NCBI GenBank assembly: GCA_004431415.1
Contig: QPMI01000498.1
Span: forward strand, 15,698-79,697
DNA length: 64,000 nucleotides
Reading direction: 5' to 3'
Origin: Cyanophora paradoxa CCMP329
Lineage: Eukaryota; Plantae; Glaucophyta
Positions 11,113 through 23,400 of the stretch are shown here, in pieces. Position 1 is the stretch's first letter, and each line of letters starts with the position of its first letter. The notes beneath the pieces are model-generated. The model made no database searches. It had not been told where the DNA came from and saw only the letters and a list, made by a program, of their open reading frames with translations. A program made the translations under genes and the position numbers.

Positions 11113-14100
11113 CTAGCTAGAGGAGGAGGTCGGGGTCGTCGCTGGGGCACGAGTCGGAGGCCACGGCCTCCGAGCGCGCCCCGGCCCCCTGCTGCAGCGC
11201 CCCCACCCGCGGCTCGGGGTACGGCGCCCCGTCCTCGGGCTCGGCTTCGGTCTCGGCGGCGTCGCTCCAGGACCGAGGCCGGGGCCGGGGCTGGGGCCGG
11301 GGCCCCGCCGCCCCCTTGAACTTCCCGCGCTCGAGGTCTCCAGCCAGCCAGCCTGCGGCGGCGCCGTTGTTCGGTCCCGCCCGCTAGCGCGAGGCAGGAT
11401 GGCACGGGCGCGGGCGTCGGCGTCGGCGCACGGCGGACGAGGCGGCGGGAGCGCTCGGGCCCCGCCTCGCCGGGCAGGAGGCCCTGCCGGTCCTCGGCGC
11501 CTCCGGCCCGCCGGCGCGCCCGCCTCCAGCAGCGCCCTCGCCACCTCCACGCGCCCGAGCTGCACGAGAGTACTAGTGTCACTACGGTCGGGTTGAGGGG
11601 CGCAGGGCGGCGGGTGCGCGCACGCGGCAGGCGGTGTGGAGCGGGGTCGAGCCGGCGCGGTCCTGCAGCGCCAGCGCGGCGCGCGCCTGCGGGGCCGCCA
11701 GCATCGCCGCAAGCAGCACTCCGACGCGGCGCCCCGCCGCCACCGCCGCGTGGATCTGCATAGATAGACAAACGCCGCCGTCAAATTAGGACGAAACCGC
11801 CGCCGTCAGATTAGGGCCGGGCGGGCCGGGCGCGCCGGGGTGCGGCCGGCGGCGTCTTGAGCGGCGAGGTCCGAGGCGGCCACAAGGTCCCGTGCGGCGC
11901 GGCCCATAGCGTCCCTGCGAGTCGGCGAGGGAATATTTAAAGGTGTTAAATCAATCGTTCTTGATTCGGCTTTTCCAATAGTAAAAGATGCTAATTGAAC
12001 ACCAGAGTCGGCGGTGGCGCGCGGGAAGGAGGGAGGGAGTTAGTTAGGTGGCTCACCAGTCGAGCTCGGGGGGGCCGAAGAGGGGTCCCGAGGAAGGGGC
12101 GAACATGCCGCCTGCGGCCCCGGCCCTCGGCGGCGCCGGCGCCGGAATCGCGCGCCCCTCTCCGTGCGAGGCGCCTGGAGCCGGGTCCGGCGGGGCCTGG
12201 CGCCAAGGGCGCCGCGCCGCGAGGCGGTGCAGCGGCGTCTCCCCGTCCGCGTTCCGCAGGCGCGCCGCCTGCGACAGCGACCGCCGGCGCGGCTGAGCTC
12301 ACACGAAAGGGACTGCGAGGGGGCGCGGCGCGGTCGGTCGGACCGCGGGGCAGCGCCGCAGGATCGCGGAGACGAGGGGGAATCCGCCCTTGTTGGAGCC
12401 GAACCCGAAGCGCCCCACGTGGAGGCAGCAGTTGCCCTCCAGGTCCTGTGAGCCCGGCGGGGTCAGGTGAGCCGGGCCCGGGAGCTCGAGAGGCTCAGGT
12501 GAGCCTGCCGCGCGAGCCTGGGCCAGGGGGTTGGAGAGGGTCAGGAAGGCCGCCGCGGCGCCGTGGCGGCCCCGGCGGCACGCAAGCGCCAGCGGCGTCC
12601 GCCCTGCGCCATTTCGTCGCGGCTCGAGAGAGAGAGGAGAGAAGACGGGGGCGGACCGAGGGGGTCCGGGACGGCGAGGGCGGCGGCGGGGTCGGGGCAC
12701 GCCGCGAGGATCTCCTTGAGCGGGACCTCGGCCTTGAGCGCCGCCACCTGACAGCGCTGTGAAAGGGGAGGCCGGGCGGAGAAGTAAAGCGTGCGCACGT
12801 AGTGGAAGACGGTGTAGCCGTGCTCGTCGGTGGAGCCGTCGACGCGCTCGCCGCGGGACCAGAGGGCCGTCAGCGCCGCGTTGAGAGCCGCCCTGCGCTC
12901 CTCGGGGACCCGCTGTACCCCTTCCTCCTCCTCGACCTCACGGTCTCGCTCCTCCCCGCGGCCGCCGCCAAGCGGGCGAAACGGCACGAACGGGGCCGGG
13001 GCGGCGGCCGTAGGCTGGGGCGGCGCCGGCCGGAGGAGGGCGAGGAGGGGCGGGGGGCCGCCTGGGGGCCGCCGGGCGGGGTCGGCGCCGCGCTCGAGGA
13101 GGAGCAGGGCGAGCGCGGGGGCCGACGCCGCGCACGCCGCCAGCAGCGCCGTCCTGCCGCGCTCGCTCAGGTAAGCTCAGGTGAGCGAAGGTGAACCGGA
13201 CGGGACGGGGCGACCGCCGCACCTTCCCGCAGCGTCGACGGCGTCGACTTCGGTCTCGGGCCGCGCCAGCAGCGCCCGCGCCGCCCGCTCGTCCCCGCGC
13301 TCAGCCGCGGCGATCAGCGGCGTCCGCCCCCGCGCATCCCGCGCCTGAAGAGCCTCAGGGCCCGCCCGCGCTGCGGGACGCCACCGACAGTCAATCGCGG
13401 GGTCTCCAACGGAAAGTGCAATGTCGCCGCCAAGACTCGAACCCACGAGGTCGGGGAAGCAGGTGCCGCAGGCGAAGTGGAGGACGGTCCGCCCGTCGCG
13501 CCCCGCGGCGAGCAGCTCGAGCGGGGCGGCCGCGGCGCCGGCGCCGGCGCCGGTCCCGGCCCCGGCCCCGGGCCGCCCCGCCGCCGCCCCCAACAGGGCC
13601 CGGACCGCTGTGTCCGCCACGAACCACTTCGAGGCGGCGCGCAGGAGCGGCGTCCGCCCCTCCGCGTCTGTTCGATGCGGACCGGTCAGCGGACCAGACG
13701 ATGGGAGCGTGTACATGTCCCGCCCAGGCCCAGGCCTCCTATCGCTAAGCGCAAGAGGAGGAGCCCGCCCCGCCGCTAAGATGATGAGAGCGTGTCCCGC
13801 GGCCGCCCAGGGCCGCTCCGGGAGCGGGCCCACGTTTTCTATCGCTAAGCACAGGACAGGAGGAGGGGGTGCAGGCGCGCGCACCGCGGAGGGCGGATAC
13901 GGCGGGCCGGGCGGCGAGGAGCTCGGCGAGGGCGCGCCCCTCGTTCCGCTCGGCGCTCACGTGCGCCGCCGTGTCTCCCGCCCCGTTCTGCGCGATTTAC
14001 AGCTGGCCTCGGCTAAAAATAGCGCACGACGCTGTAGAGAGCGCACGGTGGCGGCGGGGTCGGCCCCGAGGGCGAGGAGCAGCCGGGCGGCCTTGCTCGA

Positions 14101-16702
14101 GTCCCGAATCGCCTGCGCGCGGGGCTCGCAGGCCTAGGAGAGAGGGGGCCAGGCGGGATGTAGCGGGCTGCAGGCCATAGGGCGGGGATGCCTGTTGGCA
14201 TCTGTCGGATTCTTCCTAGGTTTCTTAAGGCTTTGTAAGGTCTCACCAAACCATACGGGGCGTCTCGTCGGGGCCCACGGCCAGCGCGCTTCTTAAGCTT
14301 CTTAGCTTCTAAAGCTTCTTAGAGTTCTTAACCGTCTTAAGTTTCTCGAGGTCTGTTCTCACCATGAGGGGAGTCTCGTCCGAGTCGAAGGTGCGGGCGT
14401 CGGCGAGGGCGGCGAGCCCCCAGCCGCGCAGCGCCTCCAGCCACTCCTCGGGGGGGTGCGCCGCATCCTCGCGCTCCACCGCGCCCGCCCCGAAGTGGCC
14501 CGCCGCCTGTTTGTTCGTTTGTTCGGCCCTTGTCAGGCAGGTCTCGTGTTAGGTTCTTGTTAGTTGGGTCTTCTCTTCGGCGTTCTTGGGGCGGCCATAA
14601 GACGGGCGGCTGAGGCGCTGGCTAGCTAGTGGTAGACGGCGGGCGTGAGCTTAAGGCGCGCGTGGACCTGTAACACCTGGCGCACGCGGCGGCCCCGCTC
14701 CAGGGACGCGGCGAAGTGCAATGCCGTCCGCCCCGCCGGCCCCGGGGACCTGAAGACGCAACAAACTGTCAGGAGAGGGTGCACATGTGTGGGGCGAGGG
14801 CTTAAAGGACAGGGCCGGCGCGCCTGCTGGCCGCGGCGCGCATCGGGAACGGGGCGTCCCAGGGACGCGGCTGGCGGCGCCAGGGGCCGGGGAGGGTACA
14901 GCAGAGGGGCGAGGCCCCCGCTTCCACGAGCGCGCCGGCCACGTCCAGCCGCCCCGCCTGAATCGCCTCTGCGCGGAGTCGAACCGGCGCCCGGCCGCGC
15001 CAAGGGGGGGTACGCGCACTCAGGAAGGGGGTCATCCCGTCCGGGTCGGGCCCGTCGAGCCCCGCGCAGGGTACGTCCTTCGGAAGGGCGGCCTGGGAGG
15101 ATTGAGCGGGATGTGTGGGGGGGGGGAGGGGGAGAAGAAGGGGGCTACGTGCGCGCCAGGACGTTCTCGACGCTGTAGGGCGTCGTCGACGTCGACGTCA
15201 ACGTCGTCAACGCCAGCAGGAGGCGCGAGAGCTGTCCGGGGGGTACGCGTTGGAGGGGGGTACGCTCGCACTGGGGGCTACCGGGTGATCGCGTACCCTC
15301 TCGTCGGGGTCGTCGACGTGGACCTGGAGGTCGGGGGGGGATACAGACTCCAGGACCTTTCGCACGTCCGTGGGGTCCGAGGAGGGGGCGGCTAGAGCAG
15401 AGGTCAAGGCTCCAAACAGGTCATCGCCGCCACCGCCGAACAGGCCGCCGCCGCCGCCGCCGCCGCCGAATAGGCCACCGCCGCCGCCTCCGCCGAACAG
15501 TCCGCCGCCGCCGCCGCCGCCGCCGCCGGCGAATCCACGGTTGCCGATCAGGCCACCGTCCCCGATTCGCGCCCAAACCTGCGCGGCGCCGATCTTTAGC
15601 TGAGCGTGAGACGGGGGCGGCTGGCTGCGGGGGCGGGCGGGCCAGGAAGAGGTGCCGGAGGCGCGGGGCGGCGGGGCGGCGCGTTCCAACGAGGAGGGCC
15701 CGCAGCGCCGCCTCCGACACGGGCGCGTCCGCCAGGTCAAGGGAGACCAGCTCGGGCAGGCTGGGGTTGGGCAGCAGCAGTGAGCGGCGCCGGCTGCCGG
15801 GCGGGCGGGCGGGAGGGAGCGCCTGTGGCGAACGATGATGTCTAGGGCGCAGTGGGGAAGGGGCGGAGGGGCCAGGATCTGCGTGGACCTGCGAGGCGTC
15901 GGCCTCTGGGGTCGGTCTAGCGAGCGAGCGCGGGGAGGGGAGGGGCGCGGCGCGGCCGGGCGCACGGGAGGTACAGGTGGCGGAGGGTTCCGGCGCAGGA
16001 GGCTAGGAGCGAGTCGAGGGCGGCGCCACTGAGGCTGACGGCGGCCGCGTTGAAGAGCTCGAGGCGCGGCAGAGGCGGCAGGGATTCGAACGCGAAGGCT
16101 TGCGGGTTCGAATTCGACACGCCGCGGGCCAGAAAGGCCAGCGAAAGGTGCGTCAGGCAGGGCGCTGCCGCGAGGCACTGCGGCGGGGCGGCCGGTCAGA
16201 AGCATGCGCCGCGAAACGCGAGCGCGAGGGAGGGTGCCCCCGCGCGGACCCGCCCGATGTCCTTTTCGGAGAGCTGAGGCAGGCCGCTGAAGCAGAGGCG
16301 GCGGACGTGCTTCCCCATGCGTCGGCACGCCGCCACGATGAACCGCGCGCTCTCATCCCGCTGCGCGGCGCGACGTCGTCAGAGCACGCGCGGCGCGGGC
16401 GCCGCAGCGCAGCGCGCAGCTGCAGCGGCAGCGGCAGCGCTCGGACCGAGAAGGCGGGTTCCTCGTAAAGGGAGGGATGCCAGGAAGCGGTCCGAAGGAT
16501 GCGGGACGTGCGTCCCAGGCCCAGCGCCAACGCCTGGAGCCCGTCCGCAGCGGCCAGGCGCCGCACGACGTCCAGCAGCAGATCGTCTGCGCAGACGTAC
16601 GAGGACAGTCGGTCGATTCGGAGCGGGCGCGCGGCCGCGGGAGCTCGAGCGCCCGCTGGGATCAAGCGCACCGGGCAGCGACTCGAGCCCAGACCGATTC
16701 AT
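11113..16702 (-). CDS. F-box / leucine-rich-repeat / ankyrin-repeat protein
   Basis: Splicing the first intron gives MNRSGLESLP|DDLLLDVVRRLAAADGLQALALGLGRTSRILRTASWHPSLY (F-box). LRR-like segments follow (LPRLELFN...LRHLYL; LPELVSLDLADAPVSEAALRALL...LRHLFL), then a G-rich linker. At least 7 ankyrin starts follow (GRTALHFAA, DETPLM, GRTPLLRAA, GRTVLHFAC, GRTPLIAAAERGDERAARALL, GYTVFHY, GRTPLALACRRG, GNCCLH). The 3' end is approximate. Confidence 0.8.
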
Positions 16703-17605
16703 CGCTCGCAGCTGCAGCTGCAGCTCAGATGCAGCTTGGCAGCAGGCCTAGGCGAGGTCTAGATCTGCAGCGCACCGGGCGCGCCGGCGCGGGCAATGGG
16801 GGGTATATATATGATCATGTCATGATTCGATCGCGATTTTTGGCCATGGTGCCAGCTGCAGATCTAGAGTCGACGTCGCGATCGACGTCCGACGGTCGAC
16901 GTCGACGTCATTGCAATTGCAGCTGCGCATGCATATGCAGGCTGCAGCCTGCATGCGCACGCCCGGCCGCGGCCCACAGCTGCAGCTGCAGCCGCGGCCG
17001 GCGCTGCCATGGCCCATGGGCCATGGCCCATGGCCAGCAGCCTGGCAGCAGCTGCAGGTCACCGGGTCCCTGATCATGAGGAGCCGGCGCCTTCACGCTG
17101 AGAAGCAGTGAGAACTCGGGTGAGAACTCGTGGTGCTGAGCTCGAGAACTCGGCCGCGGGAGCTCGAGATGCTAGAACTGTCTCGGACCATGCCGCATGC
17201 GCAGTGCGCCCTGCCATGGCCAGGCTGCTTTAAGGCTGCTTAAGCAAGCGCTAGCGCTCAGCGGCTTGCGCGCGCAATATAGACCCCGACCCTGGCCTGC
17301 ATGCACATGCGGCCCTGCCCTGCGCATGCATGGCGCCGGCGCGCGCTTGCCGAGTCGACGTCGAGCTCGTCCGCGGCCCGCGGGCCGCGGCGCCGGCCCG
17401 CGGCCGGCCGATCGAGGCCTTCCAAGTTCCAATTAAATATATAGGAGCCCCGACCCCCGAGGCCGGGACCGCGGCTGGCGCCGCGGGCCCCGCGCGCTGC
17501 TCGCGCGGGCGTTGCGACCGCATTTACGGTCGCTGACGGGCCGTTGGAACCGAGTCCACGCTGCAGCTGCTGGGCCTGGCGCCGGCCGCCCTGGTCGACT
17601 CGGCG

Positions 17606-17912
17606 ATGAGCGAGCCATCCGCGAGGACCGGTACCGTGGACCGGATTGCTGCCCTGAGCAGCGAGGCCGGCGATTTTGGAACGGGTGTTGTGAGACATGC
17701 TACGAGGGTCCGAAAAGCTGTGCTGAAAGCTATAGAAAACAACCGCACGCCGACCGAGCGTTGCGCGTCCGCCGCGTCGGGCCGGGCGGGTACACGAATG
17801 TACACTTCTCTACCCAGATGTCGGCGAGGGCGCTTTCCTGGACCCGGGTTCATACGCGGCGAGCACGATTATCTGCGCCGTCGCCTCGACGATCGCAAGT
17901 CGCTGGTACTAC
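17606..17912 (+). CDS. Possible small spliced gene with one hydrophobic segment
   Basis: MSEPSARTG...KAIENNRTPTE, then after a putative intron VGEGAFLDPGSYAASTIICAVASTIASRWYY. No recognisable domain and the 3' end is unresolved. Confidence 0.3.
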
Positions 17913-18169
17913 GGTAAACAGCTCAGCGGCTCGCTGCAGCAGCGTGGCAGTTAGAGCCGAGATCAGTGAGCGCGGCCTCGGCGGGCCTTCTGCGGGCGTT
18001 CCGCGAGGCTCAGAAAGCGTGCCACAGCCTCGGAGAGCGAGCGACTTCGTCCAGCTGCGCCCCGGTGCGGCCCTGCGCCGGCGTCACGCCCTCGGGCTTT
18101 GCACGCTGTGAACGTACGCGCCGCGTCGGCCTCGCTGAGCCGTCCTGCAGCTCCTGAGCGCGAAAGAAG

Positions 18170-18626
18170 ATGCCGACGGATGTGGAGGCGGCGCTGTCCG
18201 CGCCGAAGCGGCCGCTGAGGGCCGACGAAGCAACTGGCGACTCGTCTTCAGCGGAGCCGCCGCCTGGTGCGACCCGCGGCCGCGCCGGCGCCTCCGATCC
18301 GCGCTCGCTGATCCGTGGCTGCAGAGAAGCAGTCGGTCCTGGTTCGCCTGTACAACAAAGTGCCTGGCGCGACGGACTCCGCCAAGATCAACCTCATCGT
18401 GCTCTTCCTCTGCGCCGCCGTGATGTGCGCACCCCGTGTAAGCCTTCAGCCGGCGCTCCCGCTGACTTGGCTTCGCAGGTTCTGCGCGGGCGACGCCCTG
18501 TGGCACTTCTCGCGCGCCGCGGGCGCGCCGGCCCCCTGGATGTTCTGGCTCTCGATCGCCGTCTTCGGTCTCGGCGGCCTCTGCGGCCTCCTCTTCCTCG
18601 TCCTACTCTGCGTCATCAAGCCTTGA
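18170..18626 (+). CDS. Small two-TM membrane protein
   Basis: MPTDVEAALSAPKRPLRADE... is followed by two GT-AG introns and the hydrophobic segments KINLIVLFLCAAVM and WMFWLSIAVFGLGGLCGLLFLVLLCVIKP*. Confidence 0.5.
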
Positions 18627-19231
18627 AGTTCTTCGAGGGCGTCCGCCTCTGCTAGCCGCCCCTCGGCGCCCGCCTCGCCTCTGCTTCGCCCTCGACTCCC
18701 CCCCCGCCCCCCTCTCCCCTGTGCGGACCCGGGCTGGACCCGACCGCCCCTCGGCCCCCTCACGCCCCACCACCCTTTCTCGGGCCGCAGTACCCCTCCT
18801 CCGCGATCCTCCATTCCCGCGTCCTCCTGCCCCCTGCAGGTGCGGGGCGCGACCCCCTTGGCCCCCCCCCCCCCCCCCCCCCCCTCCTCCTCCGCGACCT
18901 CCTTCAAGCTGGATCGGGGGGGCCTGCGGCCGTGTACCCCTCCCCCTTTTCGGGCCTGCGGGCCGCACCAGGGCGCCCTTGCCCCCTCCTCTTCGGCCCC
19001 CTAGCCCGCCCCTCCCAGCCCCTCCGAGGCTTCGGAACGCTACTGAGGGTGAGGAACGCTAGCGCTAGCCAAGGCCGATCTCGTCGAGCAGAGCCTTGGA
19101 GTGTGCACGTGCACGTGAGGTGGCCCATGAAAATGGCCTCGGCCGAACCACGTACACGTACAGAAGTATACACGCAAAGCGGGGCATCTAGATGTACATG
19201 TGCTTACGGATCGAGCTGCGATCGATATCGA

Positions 19232-19504
19232 TCAGACGCCGGAGGAGTGGCGGAGGAGCATGAGGACGACGCAGAGGGTGGCGAAGAGGAGGGGCACGGT
19301 CGTCGGGTCCTCCAGGAGGCCCCGGAAGGGCCGCCCCGGCCACAGCGGCCCCCACGCCCACGCCGCGGCGTCGGCGTCGGCGTCGGACCCCGCGGCGTCG
19401 CCCGGGGAGCCCTCGGGCTCGTGCTGCAGCTGGGGGCCGTCCAGCAGAAGGCCCCCGTCCTCGGCCCAGTCGGCCGCCGCCGCCGCCGCCGCGTGCTCCG
19501 CCAT
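19232..19504 (-). CDS. Small acidic protein with a C-terminal TM segment (tail-anchor-like); may have upstream exons
   Basis: 90-aa ORF ending LLEDPTTVPLLFATLCVVLMLLRHSSGV*, with coding-like GC3 bias. Confidence 0.4.
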   Translation of the reverse strand: MAEHAAAAAAADWAEDGGLLLDGPQLQHEPEGSPGDAAGSDADADAAAWAWGPLWPGRPFRGLLEDPTTVPLLFATLCVVLMLLRHSSGV

Positions 19505-20476
19505 TGACCGGTGTCGTCGCTAGCGCCAGCCTTCCGTCCGAAACGCGCCGTCAGCACTGCGGAACCGCGCGGGCGCCGTGCCGTGCGCGGGCCGGGGCGG
19601 CGACAGGGGCTCACCGGGACCTAGCGATAAAGGCGTCTTCAGCTTCTTGCTGCAGCCTAGGCCCCAGGCTCCTGGGTCTGGAGCCGGCAGCGCACGGGCT
19701 GCGGCACGCGCGGTTAGCTGCATCTGCGCACTCTCCAGAACCGCAGGCAGATAGGAGGAGAAGGCGCATGCAGACCAATGGCTGCTCGGCCGTTCGTCCG
19801 ACGGTCGCACCAGAGCGCAGCGGAGCCTCGGTGCGCGTCGCCGCTTTGCTGAACGACGGGAAGACCCCGACCAGCGCGGCCTTCAGTCCGATCCGGGGGC
19901 GACCCGGGCCGAGAGCGCCCGGTGAACCTGCGCGCAGGATCGAGCACTCTCAGCCGGCTGTGCGCTCGGGGGCTTGAGAGACCTGGACTCTGAAGGGAGG
20001 GACCCGCGGTTAACGCTGTGGCGCCCGAGCGAGGTCGATCGGGCGAGCCTGCTGGGGGCACGCGATGCCGTCTAGCGACTAGAGAGTCTCCAAGAGCGTA
20101 GCTGACGCACCTCGAAGCCGGCCGGCGACGGCGCCCCGACGCGTCCCCGGCAACCGCTGAGTGGACGCATCGGCTAAGCGCTTGCTAGGCACTGGCGCCA
20201 TCTGGCGGCGCTCTAGCGGCGCGTTTCGACGAGCCCGCGCACCTGATCCTCGCACGTTCGGCGTCGAATTCTCTGAAGTTAACGGTTCCACTCCAGCGGG
20301 CTCCTGTTCCCTTCCGGGTTGGCCAGAGTGTAGCGGCGGGGCATCTCGCCTGTAGAAATAGCGTTCCTCAGAGCCTGGAAAGCCGTACCGATGAACCGAG
20401 AGCCTCAAGCGGTATAGGATCCCCACGTCAGATTGATCTCGTTTTGGGGCAAGCTGTCGGGCGAGCAGCAGCGCCC

Positions 20477-23400
20477 ATGAGCAAGCCGCTGCACGATCAA
20501 TGGCCGTCAGACCCCCAGAGCCCGTCGGATCACTCTGTCTCGGAAACTCCAAGAGCTCCGGATGAGTTCCGCCTCCGGCCCGGCCCGTCATTTGCGTCGG
20601 GCCGCGAGATGGATGCAGCTTCAGTGGCCGGCTCGGTGGCCGGCTCGGCGTACGGCGCGCCGGCTCCCGGAGTTCGCATTGAGTGCTCCAGGTCCGGTCC
20701 AACGCTCGCTCGCTGCTTTGCATGCCTGTGCCCCGAGGACTGAGTCGGGTCTGTGCAGGTGGACCCTGCGCTTTGACGCGAGCGCGGGTCCGGGCCCGGG
20801 CCCAGCGGCGCCGGCCCCGGCAAGCTCCGTCTCGCTCCTCCGAGCCGCGAGCGCCCCCTGGAGCTCGAGCCGCCTGCAGGTCCGGATCGAAACCGTCGAG
20901 CCAGACGCTGACCGCAGCGAGGTGCGCCCTCCAAGCCTCCTTCCCTCCGACTGCCCCGCCTCCGCTTCGTCTGAGCGGCGGGACCGGGGCGCGCGCGCAG
21001 GCGGGCGGGGGCCAGGCGGCCCGGCCTCGGACGGGCTCGCTGGACCCTAGCGCCCTCACCGCCCGGCGCTTCCGCCTGCGGGTGCCCGACCGCGAGTCGA
21101 ACGCCGTCGGCCTCGAGCGGTGCGCGAGCGCGCCGCGCAGCCGCCGCCCGCGGATCCCGTTGTCCGGCTTGTCCCTAGGATTTGATGATGCCAGGGCCTG
21201 GCTCGGCCCGTCCCGGTCCGGCCCGGCCTGGGCTGACGACGCGGGGCGGGGCCCGGGCGGCGCGGCGCAGGCACTACGCGCTGGCGAACGCGGCGCGGCG
21301 GATGGTCTCGACGCGCGTCGCGGTGGCCCTCGCCGCGTTTGCCTCCGTCATTGCCGCCACGCACAAAGACTCCCCAGCCTACAGCATCTCCCAGGCCCCC
21401 CCCCCCCCCCCCCCCCCCCCCCCGCTCCCTTCCCGCCCTCGAGCTTGAGCTAAGCTTCGCTCTCAGTTCGTGGTGGGGGTGCCCCTGCTCCTTGTGGTCT
21501 TCGGCCTCTCGTTCTTCCCGGCGCCCTTCATCCGCTTCTTCGAGCCCGTCGTCTCGGTCGCCCTGGTCGTCTACGGGGTCAGCCAGATCTCCATGTACGA
21601 GACGCTGGTGGGGAGCAGCCCGCACCTCCTCCTCACCTGCATGCTCGTGCGCCCGCCCCGCTGGGAGCGGCCCGCTCTCGCGAGCACCGCCGAGGGGCTG
21701 ACCGGCCGACCGGCGCCGGGGTACAGGTGTTCTGGGGGTCCTGCTCGCTGATTGGCCTGCGGTTCCACGTGTCCGTCGCCGTCACGATACTCCTCGTCGC
21801 CCAGGCGCGCCGTACCCCCCCGGATCCGCTCTTTTCTTCGTGCTTTAATTTGAGGACCCCCGCAGTACCTCCTGGCGGCCGGCGTCAGCTACGCGCAGCG
21901 CAGCGCCAGCGAGACCAGCTGGTCCGCGCCGCCCCGCGTACCCCCCGCCCCGCCTGGAGATCGCCCACGTACCCCCCCCCTTCCTGCAGGTCGTACCTTT
22001 CGGTGCTGTCGTGCCTCGGGAGCGCCCTGCTCGCCGTTGGGGCCTCGTACCTCCGCGACCGCAACGAGCGCCGCCTCTTCCTCCAGGAGCTCCGCGTGCG
22101 CCGTACCCCTCTCCCAGCCTCCCCCCGGGGGTACGCGTTCGAGGAGGGGGGTACGGGTCAGGTCGTGGCGAACGACGGGAGGCTGGCGGAACGGATGGCG
22201 GCAGCGGCGGGGGCGGGGGCGGGGGCGCCTCGGTCCCGCCTAGGCTCAGCCTCCGAGAACGGGGACACGCCGCGGGCCGGGGTCGGGGCGGGCCCGGCGA
22301 CCCCGGGGACGCCGCCGGGGCCTCCCGTACCCCCCGCCGGCTCCTCCCCCTCCCAGCGCGCCTCGCGGTCGGGTCGCCGCGCCCTCAGCGACGGGCCGGC
22401 GCCCCGCTCCTCCCACTCCCTCGTACCCCTCACCGCCCTCGAGGCGACTCAGGTGAGCCCGCTTCGACCCCGTCTCCCTCCAGCCCCTCCTCTGCGCGTC
22501 GTGCGACGGTCCTGTACCCCACCCCCGCAGAACGCGGCGGCGGCGCTGGCGGCGGCCGCCTCGTCGCACGCCGGCGAGTCGGACCTCGAAGAGGGTTTCC
22601 TGCTCCCGTACCCGTCCCGTGCGGCCGGCCCGTACCCCTCCCTGCCCGCCTCGCCCGAGTTCATTCATTCCCCCCCTTCAGTGCCTCTGAACCGGGCGGC
22701 GGGGGCGCGGTCGCCCGCGCCGCAGCGGCCGCGGTCGCTGGCGTGGGGCGACAACGCAAACAAGTCCCCCGCGCCGCCCTCGCCGGCCCGCTCGAGCCTG
22801 GAGGGCCCGGAGGAGGGGGGCGGCGGCGGCCCCGGCCCCGGCCCCGTGGTCCTCAGCCTGCCCGTGTCGGGGCCCCTCTACCCCCCGGGTGACGAGGAGG
22901 CGGAGCCGGAGCCGACGGAGCCGTCGGCGGCGGCGCAGCAGCAGCCCCCCGCGTGGCGGAGCAGCAGTACCAGCAGCGCGGCTGCCGACCCGTCGATCTC
23001 GCTCTCGCCCCCGACCCCGGCGCCGGCGCCCCGCCCGGGGGCGCTGGCTTTCCAGATGCCCTCGGCGCTGCTCTCCCGCTCCATGAAGCGAACGCGCTCC
23101 CACCAGGTGCCGGCGCCCCGCCCCGCCCCGCCCCGCCTCCACTGGATCCCCGGCCCGCTTCCACCGCCTCCATCGACTGTCTAGCGCCCCCGCTAGAGCT
23201 TCCACCGCCCTCCAGCATTCCCCATCCGACACTTCTAGCATCACATTCCGACATTTCCGCATTCTAGCCGATACATGACGCGCGGGCCCCCCCACCGACC
23301 CTGACCCCCCGCTTCTGCTGACTCGCGGGGGCAGAGCCTCAGCGGGTCGGACGGGAGCCAGGGGGCCGCCTCCGCCTCGGACGTCAAGCTCGCCCCGGCC

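Noticed and set aside
13420-13446. Minus-strand GTGGGTTCGAGTCTTGGCGGCGACA, resembling a tRNA 3' half
   Set aside because: No cloverleaf can be formed, and it coincides with an intron donor in the ankyrin gene.
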